From an uncultured Desulfospira sp. (GTDB taxonomy: Bacteria > Desulfobacterota > Desulfobacteria > Desulfobacterales > Desulfobacteraceae): DNA of 64,000 nucleotides. Both the position numbers and the translations under genes were made by a program. The DNA lies in assembly GCA_963663165.1 (NCBI GenBank), contig OY760175.1, positions 3,392,001 through 3,456,000 of the forward strand. The letters are read 5' to 3'. This document shows positions 9,126-18,715 of this stretch, in pieces. How positions within the stretch are numbered: the first letter of the stretch is position 1; each line of letters starts with the position of its first letter. The notes beneath the pieces were generated by a model. It ran no database searches. It saw only the letters and a list, made by a program, of their open reading frames with translations, and was not told the DNA's origin.

Positions 9126-11324
9126 TTATTTTTTGCGTTTCTTTTTAAGCAGTTTTTTATGTCTGTCCCTGAGTTCTTCGGGCCTTAAGGCAGACCCCCT
9201 GCCCGACAGGCTCGGATTGGTCATGAAAAACTGATGGGCATTGAAGGGTTCTCCCCGGTCTGAAATGACCCGGGTGTAGGTGCCGTCAGAGTTTAAGGTC
9301 CAGGTCTGCTCGTTGTCCCTTAAGTTGGCCACCATGATCTGATCCAGGATCTGCTGATGAACCGTGGGGTTGGTGATGGGGACCAGGGTTTCAATCCTTC
9401 GGTTCAGGTTCCTGGGCATCCAGTCGGCCGAGGAAATATAGACCTTTGCCTGGGGAGACGGCAATTCATGGCCGTTGCCGAAACAGGCAATCCTGGAATG
9501 CTCCAGAAACCTCCCCACAATGGATTTAACCCGGATATTGTCGCTGAATCCGGGGATACCCGGCCTCAGGCAGCAGATCCCCCGGACCACCAGATCAATC
9601 TGAACCCCGGCCTGGGAGGCCCTGTAAAGGGCGTCGATGATTTTGGAATCCACCAGGGAGTTCATCTTTGCCCAGATCTGCCCGGGCTTTCCTCCCCGGA
9701 CAAAAGCCGCTTCTTGTTCAATATTTTCCAGGAGCCGCTCCCTTAAGGTCAAGGGGGCAATATCCACCATTTTCAGGTTAACGGGCCTGGCATAGCCGGT
9801 CATGTAATTGAAAATCTGCATGACATCCAGGCAGATCTCATGATCACAGGTAAAAAAGGAAAGATCCGTGTAGATTTTGGCGGTAATGGGGTGGTAATTG
9901 CCCGTCCCCAGATGGGCATAGGATTTAAAGGTGTCCCCTTCCTTTCTGACCACCAGGGAGAGCTTGGCATGGGTCTTTAAATGAATGATGCCGAAAACCA
10001 CCTGGGCCCCGGCCCGCTCAAGCTTTCTGGCCAGTTCGATGTTGTTTTCCTCATCAAACCGGGCCTTGAGTTCAACCATGGCCGTGACGTTTTTCCCGGC
10101 TTCAGCCGCCTCAATCAGGGCCTGGACAATGGGGGAGTGCTCGTTGGTCCGGTACAAAGTCTGCTTGATGGTGACCACATCCTTATCCAGGCTGGCCTGG
10201 CGGATGAACTTGACCACCACATCAAAACTTTCATAGGGGTGGTGAACCAAGATATCCTTGGTGCTGATGGCCTCAAAACAGTCGCCGTCAAAATCCCGGA
10301 TCCGTTCGGGAAACCTGGCATGGTATTTGGGGAACAGCAGCTCGGGCCGGTCATCAACAATGAGTTCGCTAAAATCGGACAGGCCCATATACCGGGTCCT
10401 GAAGATGTCTTCTTGCAGCACATGGAGCTGGCGCCGGATAAATTCCACCAGCTCTTCGGGCATATGCTCATCCACAGTGAGCCGGACCACATTCCCCCGC
10501 CGCCGCCGGCTGATGGCGGACCGGAAGGTTCTGACCAGGTCTTCGGCCTCTTCGTCAATCTCAAGTTCACTGTCCCGGATCACCTGGAATATGCCTGAAG
10601 TCAGCAGTTCATATCCCGGGAAAAGATTTTTATAGTGAATCCCGATGACCTGGGACAGCGAAATGAACCGGATGGATTCTCCTGGAATCCTTATATAACG
10701 CTCTAACTGTGAGGGAAGGATGATGATGGCAATCATAGATTTCCCGTCTTTTTCATCCTTTAAATCAAGGACCATGCCATACCCCAAATTGGGAATAAAG
10801 GGAAATGGGTGGGCCGGGTCAACGGCTAAAGGACTTAAGACCGGAAAAATCTCGTTCTGGAATTTGAGGTCAAGCCAGGATTTCTCATCCGGGGCCATCT
10901 CTTCCGGAGATATGATGTAGATGGATTTTTCATTAAAATCCTTTGACAGGGAATCGACACATTCCAGGGCCTTTTTGTGAAGGCCCGCGACTTCCTGTTC
11001 AATGGCTTTTAACTGCTCCAGCGGGGTCATGTTGTCCGGGCTTTCACTTTTCGCCCCGGTGTTGACCTGGGCCTTGAGGCCTGCCACACGGACCATGTAG
11101 AACTCATCCAAATTGGAGGCGGAAATGGACAGAAACCGCAGCCGCTCCAGAAACGGATGCTTTGGATTAAAGCCCTCTTCAAGGACCCGTCTGTTAAATT
11201 GCAGCCAGGACAATTCTCTGTTGATGAACCGTTCAGGGGTATTAAAATCGATTGGGGGTTGATGTGAAATTTTAGGCTGTTCGTTCATGACCTGCTCGTC
11301 TTCTAAAGGGTTTCTTTCATCCAA
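9126..11324 (-). CDS. ppk1: Polyphosphate kinase 1
   Basis: [40 protein letters not shown] and SSADWMPRN motifs. Confidence 0.96.
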   Translation of the reverse strand: MDERNPLEDEQVMNEQPKISHQPPIDFNTPERFINRELSWLQFNRRVLEEGFNPKHPFLERLRFLSISASNLDEFYMVRVAGLKAQVNTGAKSESPDNMTPLEQLKAIEQEVAGLHKKALECVDSLSKDFNEKSIYIISPEEMAPDEKSWLDLKFQNEIFPVLSPLAVDPAHPFPFIPNLGYGMVLDLKDEKDGKSMIAIIILPSQLERYIRIPGESIRFISLSQVIGIHYKNLFPGYELLTSGIFQVIRDSELEIDEEAEDLVRTFRSAISRRRRGNVVRLTVDEHMPEELVEFIRRQLHVLQEDIFRTRYMGLSDFSELIVDDRPELLFPKYHARFPERIRDFDGDCFEAISTKDILVHHPYESFDVVVKFIRQASLDKDVVTIKQTLYRTNEHSPIVQALIEAAEAGKNVTAMVELKARFDEENNIELARKLERAGAQVVFGIIHLKTHAKLSLVVRKEGDTFKSYAHLGTGNYHPITAKIYTDLSFFTCDHEICLDVMQIFNYMTGYARPVNLKMVDIAPLTLRERLLENIEQEAAFVRGGKPGQIWAKMNSLVDSKIIDALYRASQAGVQIDLVVRGICCLRPGIPGFSDNIRVKSIVGRFLEHSRIACFGNGHELPSPQAKVYISSADWMPRNLNRRIETLVPITNPTVHQQILDQIMVANLRDNEQTWTLNSDGTYTRVISDRGEPFNAHQFFMTNPSLSGRGSALRPEELRDRHKKLLKKKRKK

Positions 11325-11485
11325 AATCTATTGGGTTATTCAGTTTACACATGAAATGCTAAGAAATTGTTAGGAAGATAATTTTTTCAACATCAAAATA
11401 CAGGTAATGGATTGATCGGATCCAAATCCGACTTATGGTATGTGGCAAAACAATGTTGGCAGACAGACAGGAAAGAACAAAAAAA

Positions 11486-12595
11486 ATGAAAAATGCATTA
11501 GACCATGTAAAAGAGATCACCCTCATGGGACCTGGCCCCTCCTGTGTTGATCATAGTGTGTATCAGGCCATGGCCAAACCCACCATGGGCCACCTGGACC
11601 CCGGTTTTATCCGGATCATGGATCAGATCAAAATCCAGCTCCAGGAGCTGTTGAATACCGGCAACCGGCTGACCATCCCCATATCAGGGACCGGGTCCGC
11701 CGGCATGGAATGCAGTTTTGTCAACCTGATCGAAAAAGATGATCCGGTACTGATCCTGACCAACGGGGTATTCGGCATGAGAATGCAGGATGTGGCGCAA
11801 CGGCTTGGAGCAAATGTGGATGTCCTGGCGTTTGAATGGGGGACCCCGGTTCTCCCGGATGATGTTCAACAGCAGCTGAAAAAAAATATATATAAAATGG
11901 TGGCTGTTGTCCATGCCGAAACCTCCACCGGGGTAAAAAATCCCATTGCTGAAATCGGCCGTCTTCTAAAAGGAGGTGACACCCTTTATCTGGTGGATGC
12001 CGTGACCAGCCTGGGCGGCATGGAAATTCTCATGGATGAATGGGGCATTGATGTCCTGTACTCCGGAACCCAGAAGTGTCTGTCCTGCCCTCCCGGGCTG
12101 TCTCCGGTTTCCTTTTCACCCCGGGCCGTTGAGGCCGTTCAGAACAGAAAAGCCAAAGTTCCCAACTGGTACCTGGACCTTTCCATGATCATCAACTACT
12201 GGGAGGGGGCCGCCCGGGCCTATCACCACACCGCCCCCATCAACATGCTGTACGGTCTTTACCAGAGCCTTTTTCTGATTCTTCAGGAAGGCAAAGATGC
12301 CGTATACCGGCGCCATCTTGAAAATCACCGGCTTCTGGTCAAAGGGCTTGAAGCGTTGGGGCTTTCCATGCTGGCGGACGAACCTTACCGGCTTCCCATG
12401 CTCAATTCGGTCCAGATTCCGGACGGGGCTGACGATGCAAAAGTCAGGGCTTCTCTGCTCACTGACCATGCCATTGAAATCGGCGCCGGCTTAGGCCCCC
12501 TTGCCGGAAAAATCTGGCGCATCGGCCTTATGGGCCATACGGCCCGGCCGGAGAATGTGGAAAGACTGCTGGCGGCATTGAAATCTGTTTTATAA
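11486..12595 (+). CDS. Class V aminotransferase (alanine-glyoxylate/serine-pyruvate type)
   Basis: LMGPGPS, GTGSAGME, VHAETSTG, DAVTSLGG, SGTQKCL..PPG and WRIGLMG motifs. Confidence 0.92.
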   Translation: MKNALDHVKEITLMGPGPSCVDHSVYQAMAKPTMGHLDPGFIRIMDQIKIQLQELLNTGNRLTIPISGTGSAGMECSFVNLIEKDDPVLILTNGVFGMRMQDVAQRLGANVDVLAFEWGTPVLPDDVQQQLKKNIYKMVAVVHAETSTGVKNPIAEIGRLLKGGDTLYLVDAVTSLGGMEILMDEWGIDVLYSGTQKCLSCPPGLSPVSFSPRAVEAVQNRKAKVPNWYLDLSMIINYWEGAARAYHHTAPINMLYGLYQSLFLILQEGKDAVYRRHLENHRLLVKGLEALGLSMLADEPYRLPMLNSVQIPDGADDAKVRASLLTDHAIEIGAGLGPLAGKIWRIGLMGHTARPENVERLLAALKSVL

Positions 12596-12646
12596 GCCCT
12601 ATGTTGAAAAACATAAACCAAATCTGAAACTTTAAGGAGACCTGTT

Positions 12647-13273
12647 ATGCCCTGCACCATAGAAAAAGACCTCATCGAACAGACCATCAGCTTTCACGGC
12701 CACAGCTGCCCGGGACTGGCCATCGGGATAAGGACGGCGGAACTTGCCCGGGAACGGCTCAACATCCATCAGTCCGGAGCCGCGTTGTGTGTAACCGAAA
12801 CAGACATGTGCGGCGTGGATGCCATCCAGTTTCTCACCGGCTGCTCCTTTGGCAAGGGAAACCTGGTTCACCGGGACTTTGGCAAATCCGCCTTTACCTT
12901 TTATGACCGGGAAACCGGCAAAGGGTTCAGGGCCCTGTTTCTGGATACCCCGGACCAGAGGAACCCGTCAGAAGAAACCGCCAACCAGACCCGGGAACTC
13001 ATGGCCAGGGCACTCAAAGGAGAAGTCACACCGGATGAGCAGGTTCTGGTTCAGCAGCGGCGGGAGCAGCGGATCAAAGATATCATGGAGGCCTCCCTTG
13101 AGGACCTGTTCACCGTGGAAGACATTGACGTTCCCCCGGTAAGGCCGGCCCGGATCCTTAAAAGCATCACCTGTGACATCTGCGGGGAAAAAACCATGGA
13201 AACACGGATCCGCCTGTTCGAAGGCCAGAGCCTGTGCATTCCCTGCTTTCTGGAAAAAGAACAAAAAATATAA
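12647..13273 (+). CDS. FmdE-family protein with C-terminal zinc finger
   Basis: FHGHSCPGLAIG, CGVDAIQ..TGCS.GKGN, C..CGE...CIPC. Confidence 0.88.
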   Translation: MPCTIEKDLIEQTISFHGHSCPGLAIGIRTAELARERLNIHQSGAALCVTETDMCGVDAIQFLTGCSFGKGNLVHRDFGKSAFTFYDRETGKGFRALFLDTPDQRNPSEETANQTRELMARALKGEVTPDEQVLVQQRREQRIKDIMEASLEDLFTVEDIDVPPVRPARILKSITCDICGEKTMETRIRLFEGQSLCIPCFLEKEQKI

Positions 13274-13361
13274 TCCGGGGCTCGCCACGGTTTGAGAATA
13301 GGGTTCAAGCATTCTCATAAACCGCTGATACCATTTAAAAGCCAGACCTTCTTCCATCCGC

Positions 13362-14426
13362 TCAAAGATGGACAGGCCCAAGCCCCGGTTCATCGGACGG
13401 GTAAAGAATGCCGTTGGAAATTTTAAACAGATCCGAAAATGGATCATTAAGCAGATCCAGGTGGCCGTCCAGGTCAGCATATTCGATATTTGACCGGCTC
13501 AGGGCAAAATGAAGGCCGGCGGCAATCCCTAAGGCCGATTCATCCATGCACCCGACCATCACCTCCATGCCGGCGGCTTTGGCCACCGAGTTGATGTGAA
13601 GGGATTCAAAAATCCCGCCCATTTTCATCAGCTTGATATTGATCATGTCAATGTGGCCATTGCTGGCCAGCCGGAACGCATCTTTGAGGGTCATGATGCT
13701 TTCATCGGCCATCACCGGGATATCCACCGAACGGGTTACCCGGCCGAGCCGATCATCCGCTTTTTTGCTCACGGGCTGCTCAATAATTTCAAGGTCTGCC
13801 GTTCTGACCTGCGTCATGAACGCCACGGACTGTTCATAATTATACCCCTGGTTGGCATCAAACCGGAGGGTAAACTTTCTGCCAAACCGCTCGCGCATCT
13901 TGAGAATTTTTTCAGCATCCGCCTCAGGATCAATGCCGCCTTTGAGCTTGATGATAAAAAAGCCGTCTTTCAGATGCCTGCCCACCTGTTCCAGGGTTTC
14001 TTCAAGGGGGAGGATACCGATGGTGATACTGGTGGGAATGCTTTCCCGGTATCCGCCCAGGAGCCGGAAAAGGGGGATCCCGGCCTTGCGCGCCATGATG
14101 TCATAAAGGGCCATATCCACCATTGCCCTGGCCGAAGATGCAAAGGGAATCTTTCCTTTCAAATCTTCCATGACCCTGGCAAGGCAAAAGGGCGATCTGC
14201 CGGTCAGCATCTCCCGGATAATGCCTCGGGCAAATCCGACTACCTCTTCGGGGGTTTCGCCGGTAACAGCCTTATCCGGGGCCGCACACCCCCAGCCGGT
14301 TATACCTGCATCGGTTTCAACACGAAGAATGATGTTGGTGCAGCTGCTGATGGTTTCATAAGCAATGGTGTAGGGTGCCGCCAGGGGCATATCCAGTCTG
14401 AAATGGTCAACTCTTGTAATTTTCAT
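13362..14426 (-). CDS. Enolase-superfamily dipeptide epimerase / N-acyl-amino acid racemase (DgcA-like)
   Basis: KxK (IKLK), DANQG, EQP, DES, NIK and DLD motifs; likely start MKITRVD. Confidence 0.88.
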   Translation of the reverse strand: MKITRVDHFRLDMPLAAPYTIAYETISSCTNIILRVETDAGITGWGCAAPDKAVTGETPEEVVGFARGIIREMLTGRSPFCLARVMEDLKGKIPFASSARAMVDMALYDIMARKAGIPLFRLLGGYRESIPTSITIGILPLEETLEQVGRHLKDGFFIIKLKGGIDPEADAEKILKMRERFGRKFTLRFDANQGYNYEQSVAFMTQVRTADLEIIEQPVSKKADDRLGRVTRSVDIPVMADESIMTLKDAFRLASNGHIDMINIKLMKMGGIFESLHINSVAKAAGMEVMVGCMDESALGIAAGLHFALSRSNIEYADLDGHLDLLNDPFSDLFKISNGILYPSDEPGLGPVHL

Positions 14427-14498
14427 ATCCGCGCCTGTTTTGGTAAGCGTCATCTGACGGGGGGGGGCTGACGGTCTCGACAAACCCAGTCACAACGG

Positions 14499-15572
14499 TC
14501 ATTTTTTGATGTGCTTTTTTAATAGCGCAACCAGCTCGTCCGCGCCGTCTTCAAGCACATCAAAAGCCGGAAGGCCTGTCTCCCGCCGGGTCTGCGCCAG
14601 GGCAGCCGGTATCTGATGTTTGTCCATGTCTTCGTGGTTGAGAGTGACGGCCATCACTTTTTTGCCGGATATGACCTCAATGGCATTGATCTGTTCGGGC
14701 AGGCCATGAAGGGCATACCCGGGAAAACCGTCGTATTCCCTTCGCATGGGGGCATGCTGAAGGATGACGTAATCGGGGCGTCCCGCAGCCAGGATTTCAA
14801 ACCCGCCCGGATAGGCCGGGTTCATCAGGCTGCCCTGCCCCTCAATCAGAATGATATCGGGATGTTCGTTTTTCCAGGCTTCATATACCGCATGTTCAAT
14901 TTCTCCGGAGACAAAATCATTGATACAGCTGTCCATGATCATGGAATATTTGGCCCCCTGCATCCAGGCGGTCTGGCCGGTGCCCACCATCTGGGCCTTC
15001 AGCCCTGATTTTTCAGCGGCGTGCACGATAATCCAGGCCGTGGTCCGCTTGCCCACAGCGGAATCCGTTCCCAGGACGGCAATTTTAAGACAGGCCACCG
15101 CTTCTATCTTTCCGGTGAAAAAATGGAGGTCATCCCGGTCCGGGGTCCGCCGGATGTCCCTGATCCGGCAGTTGTTTTGCCGGGCGATCCGGGTGAACCG
15201 TTCGTTCTTATAAAGGAAATCATGAAGCCCGCTGTCCACATTGAGCCCGGCTTTAAGCGCCTCTTCTACGGCATCCGCCCCTTCAGCGGGCAGGCGTCCG
15301 CCGTCCGGGGCAAGGCCGATGACCAGTGTTCCAGGCCGCCTGTCCGGACCAAGCCGGTCCATGGCCTCTTTGAAACTTTCAAATATAGGGATGCCGTTGG
15401 GTCTGCCGTCCAGGACCATGCCCGAATCCTTGCCGGCGTAAACCGGGTCAATCACCCCGGCGATCTCATACCGCCGGGTGAAGCGGACCAGGCCGTGGGC
15501 GGTCTTGCCTTCCGGCGTGTTGAATGCGCCGCCGGCATAAACCAGGGCCCTGCCGTCAATGGTGTCTTTCAT
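14499..15572 (-). CDS. DUF1611 protein (DgcN-like D-amino acid N-acetyltransferase)
   Basis: GKTA.GL.R, SGLH, GTDSAVGKRTT, TGQT and IEGQGSL..P motifs. Confidence 0.88.
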   Translation of the reverse strand: MKDTIDGRALVYAGGAFNTPEGKTAHGLVRFTRRYEIAGVIDPVYAGKDSGMVLDGRPNGIPIFESFKEAMDRLGPDRRPGTLVIGLAPDGGRLPAEGADAVEEALKAGLNVDSGLHDFLYKNERFTRIARQNNCRIRDIRRTPDRDDLHFFTGKIEAVACLKIAVLGTDSAVGKRTTAWIIVHAAEKSGLKAQMVGTGQTAWMQGAKYSMIMDSCINDFVSGEIEHAVYEAWKNEHPDIILIEGQGSLMNPAYPGGFEILAAGRPDYVILQHAPMRREYDGFPGYALHGLPEQINAIEVISGKKVMAVTLNHEDMDKHQIPAALAQTRRETGLPAFDVLEDGADELVALLKKHIKK

Positions 15573-15574
15573 GT

Positions 15575-16648
15575 CTAGTACCTCCCTGTCAGTATGGCCA
15601 CATACCGATCATTGGAAAAGGGTTCTTTTTCATGTTTTTCCAGCATGGCCACCAACCCGGCCGTGGATGCGGGCAGAATCCGGTAGCCCTCTTTTTTATG
15701 AAGAAACGTGCTCATTTCTTTCATTTTACGGTCACTGATATGGCGGGCATCCCCATTGGTCTGCCGAAGCGCCCACAGGGCCTCATCCCCGTCAAAACTG
15801 TGCCAGTTGATCAGGGGCTCGTTGATGGCCGTTTCCTTAAGCTTTTCCGGATCAATGTCGCGGCATTGATCATATCCTGCCTTAAAAGAAGAAATAATGG
15901 GATTTTTATGGGCCGACGACCCGGCCACAAAAATGGGAACCCGGGAGGTTTTCCCGCGTTTATGAAGGCTGACAAATCCCCTGTAAACGCCGGCCAGAAG
16001 TGTCCCGTTGGACACGGGGGCGGCGACATACTTAGGGGCGTCCCTGAGCTGGTCGTAAATTTCATTGGCTATCTGGGCATAGGCGGATATCTGAAGAGGG
16101 GTATTGGCCCCGCCCGGGTTGGCGTCATACCATCCGTTTTCACCGGCCAGCCGGCTGGATTCCCGGACCGTATCCTCGTAGGAACCCGGCAGCCGGATAA
16201 TCTGTGCGTCAAATGCTTCCATCTCTTTAATCCGCTCGGTATGATAGGAATCCGGAATATAAATCCGGCATGACAGTCCGGCAAGAAAAGCGGCAAAGGC
16301 CACCGCAACCCCGTAGTTCCCGCAGGTGGCCAGGGAAATAACGTCATATTCCCGCCTGAAGGCGTCATGAACCTGGGCAAAGGCGATCCGGTCTTTCTGG
16401 GTGCCCGAGGGGTTTTCCCCTTCAAATTTGATGTAAAGCTGATGGATGTCCAGTTCCCGCTCCAGATTGCGGGCCCGGTTCAGGGAGGTGTCCCCGATCT
16501 CCATGCTGGTAATATCCTCAAAGGATTCAAGGCGGTCCACCATGGAAAGGCTTTTATCCTTTATGGATTCGCTTAAGGCCCGGACCTCTTTTGTAACCGT
16601 TATCTGAGCGGACCTGACGCCGTCCAGAAGATTCATAACTTTGTTCAA
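15575..16648 (-). CDS. Fold-type II PLP enzyme (threonine synthase-like, divergent)
   Basis: KFEGENPSGTQKDR, ATCGNYG, PVSNGT; true start uncertain. Confidence 0.85.
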   Translation of the reverse strand: MNKVMNLLDGVRSAQITVTKEVRALSESIKDKSLSMVDRLESFEDITSMEIGDTSLNRARNLERELDIHQLYIKFEGENPSGTQKDRIAFAQVHDAFRREYDVISLATCGNYGVAVAFAAFLAGLSCRIYIPDSYHTERIKEMEAFDAQIIRLPGSYEDTVRESSRLAGENGWYDANPGGANTPLQISAYAQIANEIYDQLRDAPKYVAAPVSNGTLLAGVYRGFVSLHKRGKTSRVPIFVAGSSAHKNPIISSFKAGYDQCRDIDPEKLKETAINEPLINWHSFDGDEALWALRQTNGDARHISDRKMKEMSTFLHKKEGYRILPASTAGLVAMLEKHEKEPFSNDRYVAILTGRY

Positions 16649-16990
16649 AACCGTGGATGTATCCTTAAAAATTTAAAAAAAGGTCGATAAAAACAATCCT
16701 TCTTGGGTGTCCATTCTTCCAGGCAGCGGGCCTTGACCGGAATAACACGAAAATTCAAAGGGTTGTTACCCCCTTTAGAATAGACCTGCCCATCAGGGTA
16801 TCCTCTCCTGAACCGATATTTTATCGGATATTAAATATGACCGGAACAGAGTCAAGAGAGGCGTAAAAAAATACTGGAAAATACGAAAATTGCCGGTTCA
16901 TCCGGTACGGTTTTGGGCGGAAGGTTTTCGGAGCAGCCCCCTGATGTCCGGGCTTCCCGCCCGGTCCGGCCACAGGGCTGCCGGCCGGTC

Positions 16991-17317
16991 CTACTCGGGC
17001 TTGAATGTATCAGCGTCCTGCGGCACAGTGTGTGCGGTTTCGTGGGGTAGGGTCTGCGGGTCTGCCGTATTTGACCCGAACGTAGTTGAACTGCCTTTAG
17101 TGAACCCATCGGCCCCGAGCGAGTCGCTGGACTTCTGTGCTTTCACACCGTCGTTGACTCTTACACCGGACAACTCTGCGCCCAGCGACGTCTTGATTTC
17201 ATCCTGATGGGGGGCCGGGCATGATTGACACGCCGAACCCACGGGCTGGTCCGAGAAGTTGGCTTCGGAGTCCCTCCGGGCCTGTGCCATAGCCCCGCTT
17301 GTGCCGGTATCGGTCAT
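16991..17317 (-). CDS. Small DUF4157 (eCIS core-like) domain protein, possibly degenerate
   Basis: LGAELSGVRV...SLGADGFTKG....F......TLPHETAHTVPQ resembles DUF4157 including HExxH; ATGA overlap with the upstream gene. Confidence 0.65.
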   Translation of the reverse strand: MTDTGTSGAMAQARRDSEANFSDQPVGSACQSCPAPHQDEIKTSLGAELSGVRVNDGVKAQKSSDSLGADGFTKGSSTTFGSNTADPQTLPHETAHTVPQDADTFKPE

Positions 17318-17721
17318 GCCGTTTCCTCCGGTTCGGCCGGAACAATACCGCCGGCCTGTTCAGAGTGCAGCTGCGCCTGGTCAAAGAGGCGTTCCGCCTT
17401 GACCGGGGGATCAGTAATCTGCTCGTCCTGAAGAATCCCGGCCGCCCAGGACAGCTCTTTGTCTGTGTCAAAATCGCGCCCAAAAGCAAACATCACGTCA
17501 ATATAGCGGCACACGTCACGTTCGGCTGTTATACCGTAGGTTTCAGCCCTCTCCATCCCGTGTTGTACCGCCTTGCGCGTCTCCTGCTCGCCCAACGCCG
17601 CCACCGGGTCAGGGAAACACCTGAGCAGATGCGCCACCATCCGGTCCTCGAACTGCCTGCGCGCGTACTCAAAGAATGTTGCCATCTGTTCAGACCGAAT
17701 ACAAAGCATGCTTAACTCCAT
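17314..17721 (-). CDS. Hypothetical protein resembling T6SS/eCIS-neighbourhood proteins
   Basis: IR.EQM..F......FE.RM..HL...FP...G..RA..YGI..ERDV..YI..MF..G.DFD pattern recognised from memory; GC-richer than the flanks. Confidence 0.6.
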   Translation of the reverse strand: MELSMLCIRSEQMATFFEYARRQFEDRMVAHLLRCFPDPVAALGEQETRKAVQHGMERAETYGITAERDVCRYIDVMFAFGRDFDTDKELSWAAGILQDEQITDPPVKAERLFDQAQLHSEQAGGIVPAEPEETA

Positions 17722-17871
17722 CGCACAAGAATAGGGATTTGCTTTTTGCCAAAGAAAGCATCAAAAATCCCGAAAGTTTAAATATTAGATCTCCCCTGGC
17801 ATAGGCACAACATGTTGTGTTTGTAACAGGGGCAAAAACTTAAGTCAAGACAGAAAGAAAGGAGTCGAAGC

Positions 17872-17920
17872 CCCTCTGTGGTGTTTGGCGAAAGCCAAAC
17901 CTCGGTGCCCTCTGTGGTTT
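17872..17920. repeat. CCCTCTGTGGT direct repeat enclosing a GTTTGGC-GAAA-GCCAAAC hairpin
   Basis: Read directly from the sequence. Confidence 0.6.
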
Positions 17921-17985
17921 AAAAATATGAAATCCCGAAGGGGCTGAATTATTCTTCTTTTATTTGTTTAACACGTTCTTAATGC

Positions 17986-18037
17986 TTGACAATTTAATAC
18001 AGGCGTATTAAATCCATTGATTAATACAACCGTATTA
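17986..18037 (+). promoter_or_regulatory. Promoter (TTGACA) overlapped by two TAATAC-N4-GTATTA operators, probably TetR autoregulation
   Basis: TTTAATAC-AGGC-GTATTAAA at 17993-18012 and TAATAC-AACC-GTATTA at 18022-18037. Confidence 0.75.
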
Positions 18038-18055
18038 TTTTTGAAAGGATCATTC

Positions 18056-18715
18056 ATGCCAGAGTCTACCCCCCCAAACACACCCCAAAAATTAGTGGGT
18101 GCCGGCATCAGGGTTTTTGCGAAAAAGGGATACCGGGACGCCACGGTTAGGGAAATTTGCAAAGAAGCAGGGGCCGCCAACATTAATGCGGTCAATTATT
18201 ATTTCGGTTCCAAGGAAAAACTGTACCGTGAAATTCTGGACACCATTTTTTCCGCGTATGACCGGTTTGACCAAGAAAACTGGGGCCGAAAAACACCCCG
18301 GGAGCAACTAAGGTCAATGATCTCAAACTTCTGCAACATGCTTTACAAAAACAATGCGTTCGCCTCGGACATTACATCCATTTTTATTTCCGAGATGACC
18401 CGGCCCTCCCCGTTCATCAAGGAACTGGTGGATACCTATAACCGGCCCCGGATCAAGCGGCACTTAAAAATGTTCCGGGACCTTTTAGGGGCGGACGCGA
18501 CAGATGATATGGCCCGGGACTGCCTGGTGTCTGTGGCCGGGCAGCTGCTTTATTACAGCTTTGCATGGCCGGTTTTTTCCCGGCTGTTTCCGGATTATTC
18601 CGCTGATGAGCGGTATGAACAATGGGCCGCCCATGTATATGAATTTTCTGTGGGAGGCATTGAGGCCATGCAAAACCGCATCTTCAAAGAAAAGAGGGAT
18701 ACCAATGGGAATTAA
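18056..18715 (+). CDS. TetR-family regulator (DUF1956/CecR-like C-terminus)
   Basis: FA.KGY..ATVREIC..AG...I.AVNYYFGSKE.LY; ATG at 18056 after GAAAGGA. Confidence 0.9.
   Translation: MPESTPPNTPQKLVGAGIRVFAKKGYRDATVREICKEAGAANINAVNYYFGSKEKLYREILDTIFSAYDRFDQENWGRKTPREQLRSMISNFCNMLYKNNAFASDITSIFISEMTRPSPFIKELVDTYNRPRIKRHLKMFRDLLGADATDDMARDCLVSVAGQLLYYSFAWPVFSRLFPDYSADERYEQWAAHVYEFSVGGIEAMQNRIFKEKRDTNGN

Noticed and set aside
8830..9234. Short ORFs with WDLGLG/PKSHIP repeats
   Set aside because: These are translations of the heptamer inverted repeat, not credible proteins.
18504..18704. Extended N-termini in the ORF track (sulfotransferase; likewise nusA, infC and the TonB receptor)
   Set aside because: They overlap neighbouring genes or lack an RBS; downstream starts have better Shine-Dalgarno sequences and family-typical N-termini.
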